Shown piece after piece: positions 23,642-36,897 of a DNA stretch of 64,000 nucleotides. The DNA lies in assembly GCA_946965045.2 (NCBI GenBank), contig OX337238.1, forward strand, positions 2,356,001-2,420,000. The letters are read 5' to 3'. The position numbers and the translations under genes were made by a program. Numbering within the stretch: the first letter of the stretch is position 1; every line of letters starts with the position of its first letter. The notes beneath the pieces were generated by a model. The model did no database searches and had not been told where the DNA came from. It was given only the letters and a program-made list of their open reading frames with translations. The stretch comes from Epithemia pelagica. Taxonomy: Eukaryota; Protista; Bacillariophyta.

Positions 23642-26600
23642 ATGAGAATTCTATGGCTCGGATGGTGGGCACTTGTAAATCATGCTGCTTCTTGGTCGTT
23701 GTCGTCATTATCTTTTCATCAAAAGAACTCTCCTGCAATCATTGCATCAGAACTCTTTCAGTCCGTGACATCATCATTGAATGAACAGTGTAGCATTGAT
23801 CGACGCAAGTCACCAGCCTTGTGGCGACTCTTGTACGACGAAGACGATGATGATGATGAAACCGACTCAATGAACAACCAGGACAAGAGCAGCAACGACG
23901 ACAAGCCTCCAAGGATTCTTCAAAACCCACCGGAAATTATGGCCCCCGCCGGTGGCTGGCCTCAATTGTACGCGGCCGTTTCCAATGGAGCCGATGCAAT
24001 CTATGTCGGTTTGTCCGCCTTTTCGGCTCGGGCACGAGCCACCAACTTTGATCCCCTCGTCGATTTGCCCAAAGCTGTCGAGTTTTGTCATGACCACAAT
24101 GTCAAGGTATATGTCGCCTGGAATACCTTGGTGTTTGATCATGAAGTCAATGAAGTCGCAACTCTCTTGCAAGCCTGTTATCGAGCCGGTGTTGATGCCG
24201 TGATTTATCAAGATGCCAGTCTTCCACGATTGGCCGCTCGAGTGGCTCCTCACCTCGTCTTGCATGCCAGTACGCAACAATCCATTACCAGTGTGGACGG
24301 TGTGCAATATGCAGCCACCACAGCCGCCGCCACACGGGTCGTGTTGGGACGAGAACTCAGTGTGAATGAAATTGCCCATGTCATTCAGCAGCAGCAACAA
24401 CACTACCCGTCTCAATCCCAATCACAACCGACCACCGTGTCTCCGGAAATTGAAGTCTTTGTCCATGGAGCCTTGTGCGTGAGTTATTCGGGACAATGTT
24501 TTTCCAGTGAAGCCTGGGGTGGTCGATCGGCCAATCGTGGACAATGCGCTCAAGCTTGTCGTTTACCCTATCAAATGATTGTGACGGATCGGACCGATTC
24601 GTCAGTGTCTGCAACAACGAGTCCTGTTCCTCGGCGCCCACCAACCACACTGAAACAGCCCATCCTTCCCTCGTATGTGTTATCGCCACAAGATTTGTGT
24701 GGGTTGGATCATGTTCCCGACTTGTTGCAAGCTGGGGTGGCGTGTTTTAAAATTGAAGGACGACTCAAAGATGCCTCGTATGTGGCGGCCACAACACGAG
24801 CCTATCGACAAGCGGTCGATCAGGCCTGGGAGGACTATCAACGAAGTCAGCAAGATGCACGACAGTCCGTGACCAAAACAAGACATGGACTACCAATCAG
24901 CACTCCAAGAAAAGGATTGCCCTTTGCGACCGAGACGGTCACACGAAACGAATTGAGACAAGTCTTTAGTCGAGGACAAGATGAATCGTACACTGGATTA
25001 ACGTCTGGCTTTTTGAATGGCACACACCATCAAGTGGTGGTACGAGGACGATCGCCACGTCATCGAGGCGTGCACATGGGACGTTTGATTGCAGGAACCA
25101 GTGCGGCACAAGGAATTCTGGTCATGGAATATGACGACGACACGAAGAACACTGACGAAAACGCCACATCGCGATTGAAATTGGGTGATGGTTTGGTGAT
25201 TGATCGTGGTTTACCGGAATTGGAAGAATTGGGTGGTCCCATTTATGGATTGCAGGAAGAAGACGAAGAAGATCCTGATCAACGACACGCGGCAAAACGA
25301 AGACGGATTGTCAAGATTCAATTGGGCCGTGCCGTGATTCAAAAGTGGCAGCAGCATGATGCCGGGACCCAGCAGCACGAACAGCCAGATCAAGCATCCT
25401 GGGCACCAATAGGTGCTCATGTATGGAAGACACACGATGCCGCAGTCACCAAGAAGTTGAAACGTCTCAGTCAAGCCGTTACTTCATCACCATCCACCAA
25501 ACTAGGAGACAATGACGAAAATACAAATGGCGTGTTGCAACGTTCATCTGTGGTAAAAGTTTGTGTGTCTGGAGGAGTCGACCAGCCATTGCGTATTCAC
25601 TTGGACCTTTTGAATACAACCGCGATTATGAATGGTGACTCGCAGTCCAACCTTGTATTGGCATCTGGCATGGGAGAAACGGAATGCGACATGGAATTGG
25701 CCGCATCCAAAGGATTGACCAAGAATCAAATTGAAAAGGCCATTGGAACATTAGGCAATACTGAATTTACTCTCGCCAAGACACTGAAAACCGTCGACGA
25801 CGAAAATGACGGTGATGTGGTCACGGATTGGGGAGAGCTGGACTTGGAGCAACTTCCGCTGTGGTGCCCCATGTCCCAAATCAAAGTGGCGCGTCGACGG
25901 GCGATCCAAGACCTGCAAACCAAAATCAAACAATCAGAAGCACAAAAAGAAACAGAAATTAATGAAGTTTCGGGACAAGACGTTGCATCCTCCAGTTCGG
26001 CAGCGACTGGAACTCACCGATCTATCGTTGATCTTTCAAGCGCAAAGGATGCCCACCGACATATTCTTGACGAGTGGTCCAGAAACGTCTCTTTCACTGA
26101 CGGGAACACGGACGGCTCAAAGGACACCGACAGCCGCATCTCTGTGTTGTGCCGAACCCTAGAGCAAGTTGATGAACTTTGTTCCATGATGGAACAGGAT
26201 AATCAGGCCATGGCGAAGAATGATATGGAGAGTAGGTTACTTGATGGCCTAGTTTCGGAAATCATGGTTGACTTTCTAGAGGTGGAAGGAATGAAGGAGG
26301 CGGTGGATCGCATTCGGTCGGTATCAAGGACAGTGGCTCATGATCATTGTCGGCCGGTTCGCGTGGTGGTGGCCAGCCCACGTATCCTGAAACCATACGA
26401 AGGGGGTATATGGAAATCTTTGTTGGCACTAGAAGCTGATGCATTGTTAGTACGATCTACAGGATTGTTGCACCGTTTACACGCCTTGGGTGGTCCGGGT
26501 ACCAAAGTTAAGCTCAAGATGTTCCACGAACCTCACGAATATAATGATAACGCGGTAAAAGCTGAAGAGGAACGCTGGGTCACTATTCCTCGTCTTTTGG

Positions 26601-27319
26601 GAGATTTCTCTTTGAACGCGGCCAATGCATTGTCCGCCTTTGAGATGCTTACCTATACACCGAACAAGAGAAACTCAACGAATGTGGAGTTGGGAATGGA
26701 TCGTATCACGGCATCGTACGATTTGAATGCCAACTCTGTGGCCCGCATGGCGTCGTTGTTGGGACCTTTCTCTCATCGATTAGAAGTTGTGATGCATTGC
26801 AAAATTCCCATTTTTCATACAGAACATTGTGTCTTTGCCCGATTCTTGACAAAAGGCAACTCCTATGTGGACTGTGGCCATGCATGCACACGACATTCTC
26901 TGCATCTACGAGACGAATTGACTGGTCTTGACAATTTGGTTTTGGCAGACATGGGATGGTGAGTTCAAAGTATACAAGAATCAGCGGTTGTTTGAACATT
27001 TTTTCTTTTTGTCTGACACCTATACTTTTACAGCCGCAACACGGTGTTTGGGGCACAAGCACAATCTGGTGTTCACAGTGTGCGACAGTGGCAGCAATCA
27101 GGAATTCGACAATTCCGGATTGAGTTGGTGGATGAGACACGGTACGATGCCCGCCAGATTGTTCAAACATATGTCAACGTGCTGCGGGGAACGTGGAGGC
27201 CATCCATGGCATGGGAAAGTTTGCAAGATTGCCGCGATTCCAATGGTCGTGTGACAGGGGTGACCTTGGGGAGCTTTGAAAATACCAAGAAAGAACGACG
27301 AGCGGGACAGCTCACCTGA
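23642..27319 (+). CDS. Peptidase U32-family Fe-S protein, RlhA/YdcP-like (23S rRNA hydroxylation), probably plastid-targeted; intron 26959-27033
   Basis: PEIMAPAGG..ADAIYVG..FSARARATNF, EVFVHGALCVSYSGQC..RSANRGQCAQACRLPY, KIEGRLK, and the long-type C-terminus PIFHTEHCVFARFL..DCG..C..LADMG|CRNTVF. The 75-bp GT-AG intron restores DMGCRNTVF. N-terminal signal-peptide-like segment followed by ASW. Confidence 0.85.
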
Positions 27320-27779
27320 TGCTCCTCTGAGATCTCGGTTTATCCTGAGTCGTTTACTTGCCCCAAGTCGTCATACTGATCTTGAAACAACCGTTACTGT
27401 TACTTGGGCAGTTGAAAGTGGAGTCCTTACTTGATATGACAAGGTTGTTGTCAAAATTGTGGCCAGAGCACGAGCTAAATATGGTTGAGACCTTTCTTCA
27501 CGGTGCAATTTCGATTCCTTTGTTGTCGAAGGCAGCAATGACAGTGGAGGATATCAGATCGAGGCATGAAAAAGATTTGACGCGCTATGTCGCGAGTGAT
27601 AGCTCCATTAGTCGCTGCTGGTGAAAAGTAATTGGATCTAAGTAAACTATTTGTTTTGTTGTGACCTCGATGGAGTACTTGCCCCAGTAGGAAAGCTGGT
27701 TGACGCATGTTTCGTGTTCCGAGGAAAACATCTTGTTGATAGTAGAACTGGATTCATCCAGGGCTCATTCTCCATCAAA

Positions 27780-28978
27780 TCAGTGTCCATCCATTGGCGC
27801 AATTTTCGGGAGTCGATGACTGCCAGATAAAAGTGAGGTAAAAACGAACTCTGGAGAAAAACAAAAGAGTGATGAGACTATTGGCAGAAAATATTGTAAG
27901 AGCATTGTCAAGCCGTACCTTTGATCCCAACCAATGGAATCCTTTCACAAGAATAGAAGCCGGACCAGCCAGTAACAAAAACAATTTCCCCTGACGTGGC
28001 AACAATCCAACATGTTCCCATCCGGTTAAGGTTATACATTATTCGCGGAAGGTTCCACACCACATTGCGTTCTGTGTCAAGCACTTCTACTGTATCAAAT
28101 GAGTCTTTGAAAGCCCCGGCAACAATCAGGCATTTGCCTATGCTTGCAACTGCAACAGAACGAAAGAACGGCGACTGGGATACGACAAGACTCTCATGGA
28201 TCGTCCAATTAGAATTCACCGGGAAAAGGGAGTGTGCATTGACATTGTTGGTAGGAACCGAAGCACTATTGAATTCCAAATACTCGACCGAAGCCAGTCT
28301 CTTGTCATCACCATCACTTCCACCCACTGCAAAGAGACAGTTTCCGATGGTAGCCATTCCAAAATAACACCTTCCAACATTTAAGGGTGGTCCCGCAATG
28401 ACTGTGTGTTGGCCTGTCACAGCGGTATCGATAATGTCAACCGATGACAGCACAGAGTCTCGATCGCGACCACCTGCGACAACAATAAATCGATTATGTA
28501 CCGCTACAGCAACTGGGCGTTTGTCTCTTTTAGCGGACAATCGTCAGTTCAAAGTTGTCCATTTCTTGGAGTTGTCTGCTGATGGAACTTGCAATAAATC
28601 GTCAATATCAATTCGTTCGATAGTGTCTAAAGGAAAGCCATGGAAAACGTCTCCTCCTAATTCGTAGACTCCACCGTTGCATACGACCGCTGCATGAAAA
28701 CTTCTCGCTTCGTTTAATGTCGGGCCTTCTTGCCACATCTTGGTTTCCTCCCCAGCATTCAAGATCATTACGGAGTTTGTCAAATCCATTCTGGTTGATC
28801 CTCCAGTAACCGCAAAAATTTGGCCAGGTTGATCCAAGACAATCCATGCAAATCCACCATGACTTGCATCCATGAGATCAGGCGATTTCGAAGAAGTCAA
28901 CTTTGGTTCTGTGCCATCCCCACGGTCAAGAAAGTGTAGTCCGGATAAGTGCGCTTGTTCTTGCATTGTAACAGACAT
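27780..28978 (-). CDS. Short Kelch-repeat protein K5 (propeller only); probable intron 27851-27918
   Basis: The two track ORFs (28544-28993, 27908-28540) are separated by a stop at 28544; the TGA reads where paralogues have C (LN*RLS vs LKCRLS), so this copy may be a nonsense allele. Same QEQAHLSGL N-terminus and Kelch blades; GTACGG...CTCCAG 68-bp intron-like segment is conserved in K6. The 3' exon is uncertain. Confidence 0.65.
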
Positions 28979-29374
28979 GTTGCTGGAACGCAAATAGGAA
29001 CTCAGAGATATCAGTGGAATGATCGCTTCTGTCTTCCCTCAAAACTCTCCCTGTTCTCCTCAAAACCCCAAAAGGCGTCGCTGGAAAGATGTCATCATCG
29101 CTCTCACCTCTCACAACGACGGCCGGAAGATACCAAAGAATTTTCGTTCTGACACCATCTGGTTCGGCGTGCGCACATGGGGCTATTCGGATTGGCATCC
29201 TTCCAGTATTGCCATTATTCCAAAAAAGTCACCGCGCATGTCACTCCTCTAGATTTTGCTCGGTTCAGCCGTTCCTCCATCCAAAGTTTTCCGTTGAGTC
29301 TCCCAACTCCCAATCCACACCCAACAAACAACAACCAACAACAGGCTCGTCATCCGTTTGGTGACTGTTTCTCG

Positions 29375-30868
29375 TTAACGTCTGGCTTTTTGAATGGCAC
29401 ACACCATCAAGTGGTGGTACGAGGACGATCGCCACGTCATCGAGGCGTGCACATGGGACGTTTGATTGCAGGAACCAGTGCGGCACAAGGAATTCTGGTC
29501 ATGGAATATGACGACGACACGAAGAACACTGACGAAAACGCCACATCGCGATTGAAATTGGGTGATGGTTTGGTGATTGATCGTGGTTTACCGGAATTGG
29601 AAGAATTGGGTGGTCCTATTTATGGATTGCAGGAAGAAGACGAAGAAAATCCCGATCAACGATATGCGGCAAACCGAAGACGGATTGTCAAGATTCAATT
29701 GGGCCGAGCCGTGATTCAAAAGTGGCAACGGCACGATGCCGAGACCCAGCAGCACGAACAGCCAGATCCAGCATCCTGGGCACCGATAGGTGCTCATGTA
29801 TGGAAGACACACGCTGCCGCAGTTACCGAAAAATTGAAACGTCTCAGTCAACCCCTTACTTCATCACCATCCACCAAACTACCTATCTAGGAGACAATGA
29901 CGAAAATGCCAATGGCTTGCTGCAACGTTCCTCTGTTGTACAAGGTCGTTTGTCTGGTGCAGTCGACCAGCCATTGCGCATTCACTTGGACCTCTTGAAT
30001 ACAACGGCGATTAGGATTGTTGCACCGTCTACACGCCCTGGGTGGTCCGGGCACCAAAGTTAAGCTCAAGATGTTCCGCGAACTTCACGAAGAAAATGAG
30101 AACGCGGTAAAAGCTGATGAGGAACGCTTGGTCACTATTCCTCGTCTTTTGGGAGATTTCTCTTTGAACGCGGCCAATGCATTGTCCGCCTTTGAGATGC
30201 TTACCTATACACCGAACAAGAGAAACTCAACGAATTCGGAGCTGGGAATGGACCGTATCACGGCATCGTCCGATTTGAATGCCAACTCTGTGGCCCGCAT
30301 GGCGTCGTTGTTGGGACCTTTCTCTCATCGATTAGAAGTTGTGATGCATTGTAAAATTCCCATTTTTCACACAGAACATTGTGTCTTTGCCCGATTCTTG
30401 ACAAAAGGCAACTCCTATGTGGACTGTGGCCATGCATGCACAAGGCATTCTCTGCATCTACGAGACGAATTGACTGGTCTTGACAATTTGGTTTTGGCAG
30501 ACATGGGATGGTGAGTACAAAGTATACAAGAATCAGTGGTTGGTTGAAAAGTTCTTTTTGTCTGACACTTGTACATTGGCAGCCGCAACACGGTGTTTGG
30601 GGCACAAGCGCAATCTGGTGTTCACAGTGTGCGACAGTGGCAGCGATCAGGAATTCGACAATTCCGGATTGAGTTGGTGGATGAGACACGGTACGATGCC
30701 CGCCAGATTGTTCAAACATATGTCAACGTGCTGCGGGGAACGTGGAGGCCATCCATGGCATGGGAAAGTTTGCAAGATTGCCGCGATTCCAATGGTCGTG
30801 TAACAGGGGTGACCTTGGGGAGCTTTGAAAATACCAAGAAAGAACGACGAGCGGGACAGCTCACCTGA
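29375..30868 (+). pseudogene. 5'-truncated duplicate of the U32 gene (copy of 24998-27319 with ~830-bp internal deletion)
   Basis: Sequence from ttaacgtctggc matches 24998 onward; a jump at ~30012 joins 25627 to 26461; 8-nt insertion near 29880; the same intron and last exon are retained. Confidence 0.9.
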
Positions 30869-31316
30869 TGAGCTCACCTGATGCTCCTCTGGGATCTCGG
30901 TTTACCCTGAGCCGTTATGTTCCCCATCAAATTGATCTCCGAACAAACATCACTGTTACTTTACTTGAAAGTGTTATTGTCGAAAAGTGTGATCAAAGCA
31001 CGAGATAAATGCGGTTGAGGCCTATCTTCTACATCCACCTACCAATTTCGATACCGATGTTGTCTAACACAGGAGTGACAGTGGAGGACATCAGATCGAG
31101 GCATGAAAAAGAATCAGACGTGCTATGTAGCGAGCAATAGCTCCCTTAGGAGCTACTGGTGAAAGTAATTGGATCTAAGTAAACTCTTTGTTTCGTGGTG
31201 ACCTCAATGAAGTACTTGCACCATAAGGAATACAAACAGATGCAAGTTTCGTGTTCCGAGGAAAAGATCTTGTTGATAGTAAAACTGGTTTCATCCAGGG
31301 CTCATTTTCCATCACA

Positions 31317-32512
31317 TCAGTGTCCATCCATTGGCGCAATTTTCGGGAGTCGATGACTGCCAGATAAAAGTGAGGTAAAAACGAACTCTGCAGAAAAACA
31401 CAAAAGTGATGAGACTATTGGCAGAAACTATAATAAGAGCATTGTCAAGCCCTACCTTTGATCCCAACCAGGGGAAGCCTTTCACACGAATAGGCATCGC
31501 TCCTGCTACTACCCGCAACAACAATTTCACCTGGCATGACAAAAATGAAAGGATTTTGCATCAGAAAAGAAAAAGGAGCCATTCGTAGAATGTTCCACAC
31601 CACTTTCCGTTGTGTGTCAAGCACTTCTACTGTAGGAACGTGTTGTTTGAAACCTCCGGCCACAATCAGGCATGAGTCAATGCTTACAACAACAAGCGGG
31701 TCGTCCGAATGAGATACGACGAAATTCGCGTCGGTCTGCCACTTGGAATTTAACGGGAAAAGGGATTGTGCATTCAACTTGTTGGAGGGATCAGAACCAC
31801 TTTTGAGGCGCAAAAGTTCGACAGAGTTCAGTTTTTGTTCGCGACCTCTTCCACCCAATACATAAAGGTAACTTCCAATAGCAGCCATTCCACAACAGCA
31901 GCGTGGAACACTCAAGGGGGGCCCGGAAATGACTGTATGTTGGTCTTTGACTGTGGTATCAATTATGTCAACCGACGACATGACTTCATATCTACGATTG
32001 CGACCACCTGCAACAACAATGAATCGATTATGTACCGCCACAACACCTGGCGAGTCACCTCTTCCAGTGGACAAGCGACACTTCAAAGTAGTCCATTTCT
32101 TGGCGTTGCTCGTTGATGGTACTTGCAGCAAATCTTCAAGATCAATTCGTTCGATGGTGAACAATTTATCCCCACCATTGTTTCCTCCTATTGCATACAC
32201 TCCGCCATTGCAGACCACTGCTGAATGATAGCCTCTCCGTTCGTTCAACGCCGGCCCTTTTCGCCACTTCTTCGTTTCTTCGCCAACATTTAAGAGAAGA
32301 ACGCTATCTGTTTCTCGTCCAACATAGCCTTGTCCTCCGATTACCACGAGGGTTTTATGGTGCCTCTCCGGACGATCCACAACGACAGACGCATAGTCCC
32401 ATTCCATAAACGGTGGCCATTCACAGGAATTCCACGTTGGTTCTGTGTCATTTGGACAGCCGGGAAAGCACAATCCGGATAAGTGCGCTTGTTCTTGCAT
32501 TGTAACAGACAT
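31317..32512 (-). CDS. Short Kelch-repeat protein K6 (propeller only); probable intron 31388-31455
   Basis: Intact ORF 31445-32527 with Kelch blades; 5' and 3' flanks near-identical to K5. Confidence 0.8.
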
Positions 32513-33050
32513 GTTGCTGGAACGCAAATAGGAACTCAGATAAGTGAAATGATCTTCTCTCTTCTCCTCAAAATTCTCTTCTCCTCAAACCCCCAAAAGT
32601 CGTCCTTTGAAACTCGCCTCACCACGACCACGACGGCAAGAATTTTCGCTGTGACACCATCTGGTTCGGCGTGCGCACATGGGGCTATTCGGATTGGCAT
32701 CCTTCCAGTATTGCCATTATTCCAAAAAAGTCACCGCGCATGTCACTCCTCTCGGTTCGGCCGTTCCTTCATCCAAAGTTTTCCGTTGCGTCTCCCAATC
32801 CACACACAACAGCAGGCAAAACACAACCCGAAAGCCCGTCTCGTCATCCGTTTGTAGTGTACTGTTTCGTTTCAAGCTTGTTTTTCACGTGTGAGACGCA
32901 CAAGACTCTGTCGATCCATCATTTTTGGACGACCATCCGAACAACGGAAGCGCCATCGGACCTGGAATCGCAATAACACGATACGACAGACACCACGTCC
33001 TTTGGGAACAAGAAGAAGAACAGACACACTAGTAACAGCAAACACACACG

Positions 33051-33933
33051 ATGCCATTTGGATGTTTGGGACGCGGTTCCACAAAGGCCGTTGTAGTGCT
33101 ACAGGAGGAACAATTTGCCATGGTCGACGCACAAGATCCATATCGGTTTTCTCCTCGTCGACGACGACAATCCCAACAAGTTCCACAGGTGCAATCCCCA
33201 CCCCGGAAAGCGTGCACCATGACGACCCACCCTGCAACCTTTTTGCGACGACGAAAACTATCTCGAGCATGTACTACGACAAAGGTACCACCCGTCTCGC
33301 CCTACAATCCGTATGCGGCCGCCGCCATGTCTGGATGGACGATTGAAGTTCCAGACCAATCCAGTGCCACAGAGTTATCCTTTGATGATTCCTCCATTGT
33401 GTCAGGATTGACCCTGGAAACGGCTCTCATGAAAGTGTCTCCTCCTCGTGTGGCCGAGCCTTGTAGTAGTAGTAGTAGCGCTCCTCGAGATTCCGCTCTG
33501 GCCCTTTCACCCATTGCGCGTTCGGTAAGATTGTGAACGTTTCTGCTGGCCTTGAACATGCCTTGCACATTTGGAGACTCACAACCGATTCTGTTTCGTT
33601 TGCGCTTAGACCTCACCCACACAATCGGAACCGACAAGAGCACGAACCGCAATGGTGTCACCGCACTGTTCCTTTTTGGCACGAGGCAAAATACCTGCCT
33701 TGTCGAGTACGTCCTCCACTTCCTCGTCTTCGGCCGCCACACCGAATGGAGAGACTGTCGATCGCATCTCGCCCCGTCAGACGACGACGACGACACCGCT
33801 TTTGGAGTCCCCCAAGAATTCACCCGGTATTGCACCCAAACAAGTGTCGGTCTTGGCCACTGGATCCTGGATGGATGAGGATGCCATGGTACCCAACGGC
33901 TCTCACTGGGTCGATGTTTCCCTTGTGGTCTAA
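33051..33933 (+). CDS. Hypothetical low-complexity Ser/Thr/Pro-rich protein, two exons (intron 33525-33609)
   Basis: GTAAGA...GCTTAG 85-bp phase-0 intron joins ORF 33051-33536 in frame to ORF 33652-33933; no domain recognised. Confidence 0.55.
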
Positions 33934-34261
33934 CGAATGGTCGACTTGTATGTCGTGGTCGCTGAGGGGGAAAAGACCACGACCTTGCGAACGGAACCCA
34001 GCCTCTTTGTTTCATGCTGCACAAGAAGAAACCAACCAAACTGTATTAAGCGCGCTATTATCATGCTATCCTCTAGAGCACACATGTGTGTGTTTCCTGC
34101 CTGCTGGGAGACTCCGGAGAGACACGAAAACGTATAGATCATGGACCACAGCTAGTCTCTCCCATTCATTGCAATTCTACATGTAACTGCATTTGTTGTT
34201 GTTGTTCTCGCCATGGTGTCGAGTGTTGAAAACAATTGAAACCCTATCATGAGTGCGTTCG

Positions 34262-36191
34262 TTAGACTACCTCGTGCCTGGCTGTCCGAGTGTCGTCCTC
34301 CTCCACGTTCGGATCCACACTGTCGTCGTCGTCCTCCTCTTCCCGTTCGGTGGGTTCGACAATGGACGACACGGGAGTTTCTCGTTTCCTTGGCCGAGAT
34401 TGACGATGACAAATCCAACGCATGCAGTAGGGGACACCACGCACCACCCCGTAGACGGTTCCACTCACCAACAAACCCACCGAAACGGCCATGATCAGAC
34501 CCACAATCAAATCCGCATCCCACTCCCAGTCTATAGTAGTAGTGTTCTGGTTGTTGGTAGTGCTGCTCGCGGTGGTGGAGGGCCCGGTGGATGGGGAGGG
34601 TGGACGAACAAAGTGGGACATGGGTCGAGGAGGACACAAGCGACACTCTGGTGGATTCAAGGAATGGTTCCGGTTGTGGTTGGTGGTGGTGTAATAGGGT
34701 GGCACAAAGGTGGACGGCACTCGACAGGCTTGCGCCGAGACGGCACAATGATACCGACCCGGTGCATATTCGCATCGGCCAATTCGAACCTGTTCGCACA
34801 AACACAGATTGTCGTTGTCGTCGTTGTCGCCGTGCAGCAAGCTGGAACTGGGTTCCTTGTCCCAAAAGGGATGGAGCGGACGTGTGGGGGGAACATAGAC
34901 TTCAGTATCGGTCTGACAGTCCAAGGCACTGTAGACGCATCGACCTCTCTCTTTCTGCGTTGTGGATCGACATTGACCAAAGACAATCAAACCCTCTTCT
35001 GGTGGTTCTGGTTCTTGTTCTTGTTGTGGTTCTGTCGTCGTCGTCGGTGCTGTTGTTGTTGCGGTTTGGGCATAGATGCGAGATGCTAGCTGAGGATGAT
35101 GGGTGGTACAGGCAACCTCGTTGGATGTGGCAAAGAGGGCACTGACAAAGGTTTGTGGTGCCGTTGTGGTGGTGGTGGAAGAAGAAGAAGAAGAAGAAGG
35201 ATGACAATCGGATCGTTCAAAGGCACAGGATACCACTTTCTTGGTAATGGCATGGACACAAGCCCCCGTCCGATAGGTCACGGGAGGAGGACAGAGTCGA
35301 CAGGACAAGGCTGGTTGAGGAGGTTGAAAGGATGACGACGATGACGACGATGACGAGTTGCCGATTGCTGCTTGTGGAGCTCCACCAGCACCACTGGAGA
35401 AAAGTTGCCGTGCCGAAACAAAGACGTGAGTGTGGGAAGGACAATCCCACTGCGACACAGCACAATAGACATTCCACGACAAGGACGAATCGAGCGGTTG
35501 ACAAAGACCTGTGGGAACCTGGGAACAATGACACGAGGAGGAGGACGAGGAGTCGAGGTCTACCGACGATCCAACCACCACAGAGTCGACCTGCGTGTCG
35601 TAATCCGACTTCCACAATACGCAGTGAGAAGACGAGGAAGAAAAAGAGGCACTGCCACATTGAGGGTATCGAGTAGATCCCCAATCCCCTCCTCCACTAA
35701 AATCTTCCACCAGATTGGAACGAGTGGTAGAAAGGAGTAGGAGTCCCCGGATGAGTGTGGTGGTTTCGTTCCGGCAATTGATAGGACCAGGGAGGACAGG
35801 AATCGGGTGTCACGGCGCAGGAGGAGGGCGAGGCGTCACGGTTGGAAGAACAGTGTCCAATGGGAACTTCATTGGCATAAGAGCAGGGATAAGAATACTC
35901 CTCCTCATCATTGCCATTGTCATTTGTGGGAACCACCAACTGTTCCAATACGTGCGGTGGAAGGTAGGTTTCCGTGTCGGCCTGACAGGATTGAGGTGAC
36001 AGGGCACAGGTCCATTGGGTGACAGTCCGCTGCTCCTCCTCCTTGTCCTGTTTCTCTTGTGGGTTGGTTCCCACTTCATCCACCACTGGAATGGTGGTGG
36101 TGGTGGTGGACGAATTTGTCCATACCAAAGTGATGCTGGGTGAAAGTTGCGATGTGGGAACGCAAGCACCAAACCGAGGAACGGCCAACAT
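34262..36191 (-). CDS. Cys-rich repeat, single-pass membrane protein; apparent 1-nt frameshift near 35780
   Basis: ORFs 35697-36206 and 34262-35710 share repeats of type G-x-C...C-A-V/L/F-x(4)-C...C-R-L-C with Ser/Thr linkers; C-terminal TM LIVGLIMAVSVGLLVSGTVYGVV followed by a basic then acidic tail. Confidence 0.7.
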
Positions 36192-36897
36192 GATGAATGA
36201 TCTCACTCTCTACTTTTCTCTAGAGTACGTCGTGTCTGGGTGGGTGGAATGAGCCTGTTTGTGCTGCTGTTGGAGAGTGACGAGGAAATGGTGTTGTTGT
36301 TGTTATCCGTATATTGATGATGATGCAGTGTTGGCTTGCCATAAAAAGGAAGGAGCGCAGCTGCGTGAATTGTGTGAGATGCACAAAGATTCGAGGGTTC
36401 TCTTCTTCCGATTGTCTTCCTTTCCAGTCGCGCGCGGTTTTCCAAACTTTACGTCGAGCGCACGCCGGTCCGAGAGCGCGCGTCGAACCATCACTCTTCT
36501 CGTCACAAAAACATCCCCAGAGTCTTCCGTCTCCGACACTGAAAAGAGAGGCGACAACCAAAGGACTTGGCATGCCTAGTTCCATAATAGTACACACAAT
36601 TCCTAAACGAAAAACACGGACTGTCATCATCAGATGTGTCTTGTTCCATCCTCTACGAATAGGTAGGTAGGTAGGTCGAAGCCAGTACAAGAGGGACGCT
36701 CGCTTTACTTTTAGGACCCAAGAGAGGGCACTCACGACCACACGAGTAGAAGCTGCAGGTAAGTATCAGTTGAAACGAATGGTAGGATTGAACTTGGCAT
36801 TCGCTCTTCTTGCCATGCACGGAGCAAAACACGCACACACATGTGTCCAAGTGTGCCAACCCGTTAGGAAAACAAAAAGAAAGAGAGAGAGAGAGAA

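Noticed and set aside
23642-27319. Bacterial contamination or collagenase function for the U32 gene
   Set aside because: A spliceosomal intron and targeting presequence show it is nuclear-eukaryotic; the Cys cluster motifs fit Fe-S hydroxylation proteins rather than a proven protease.
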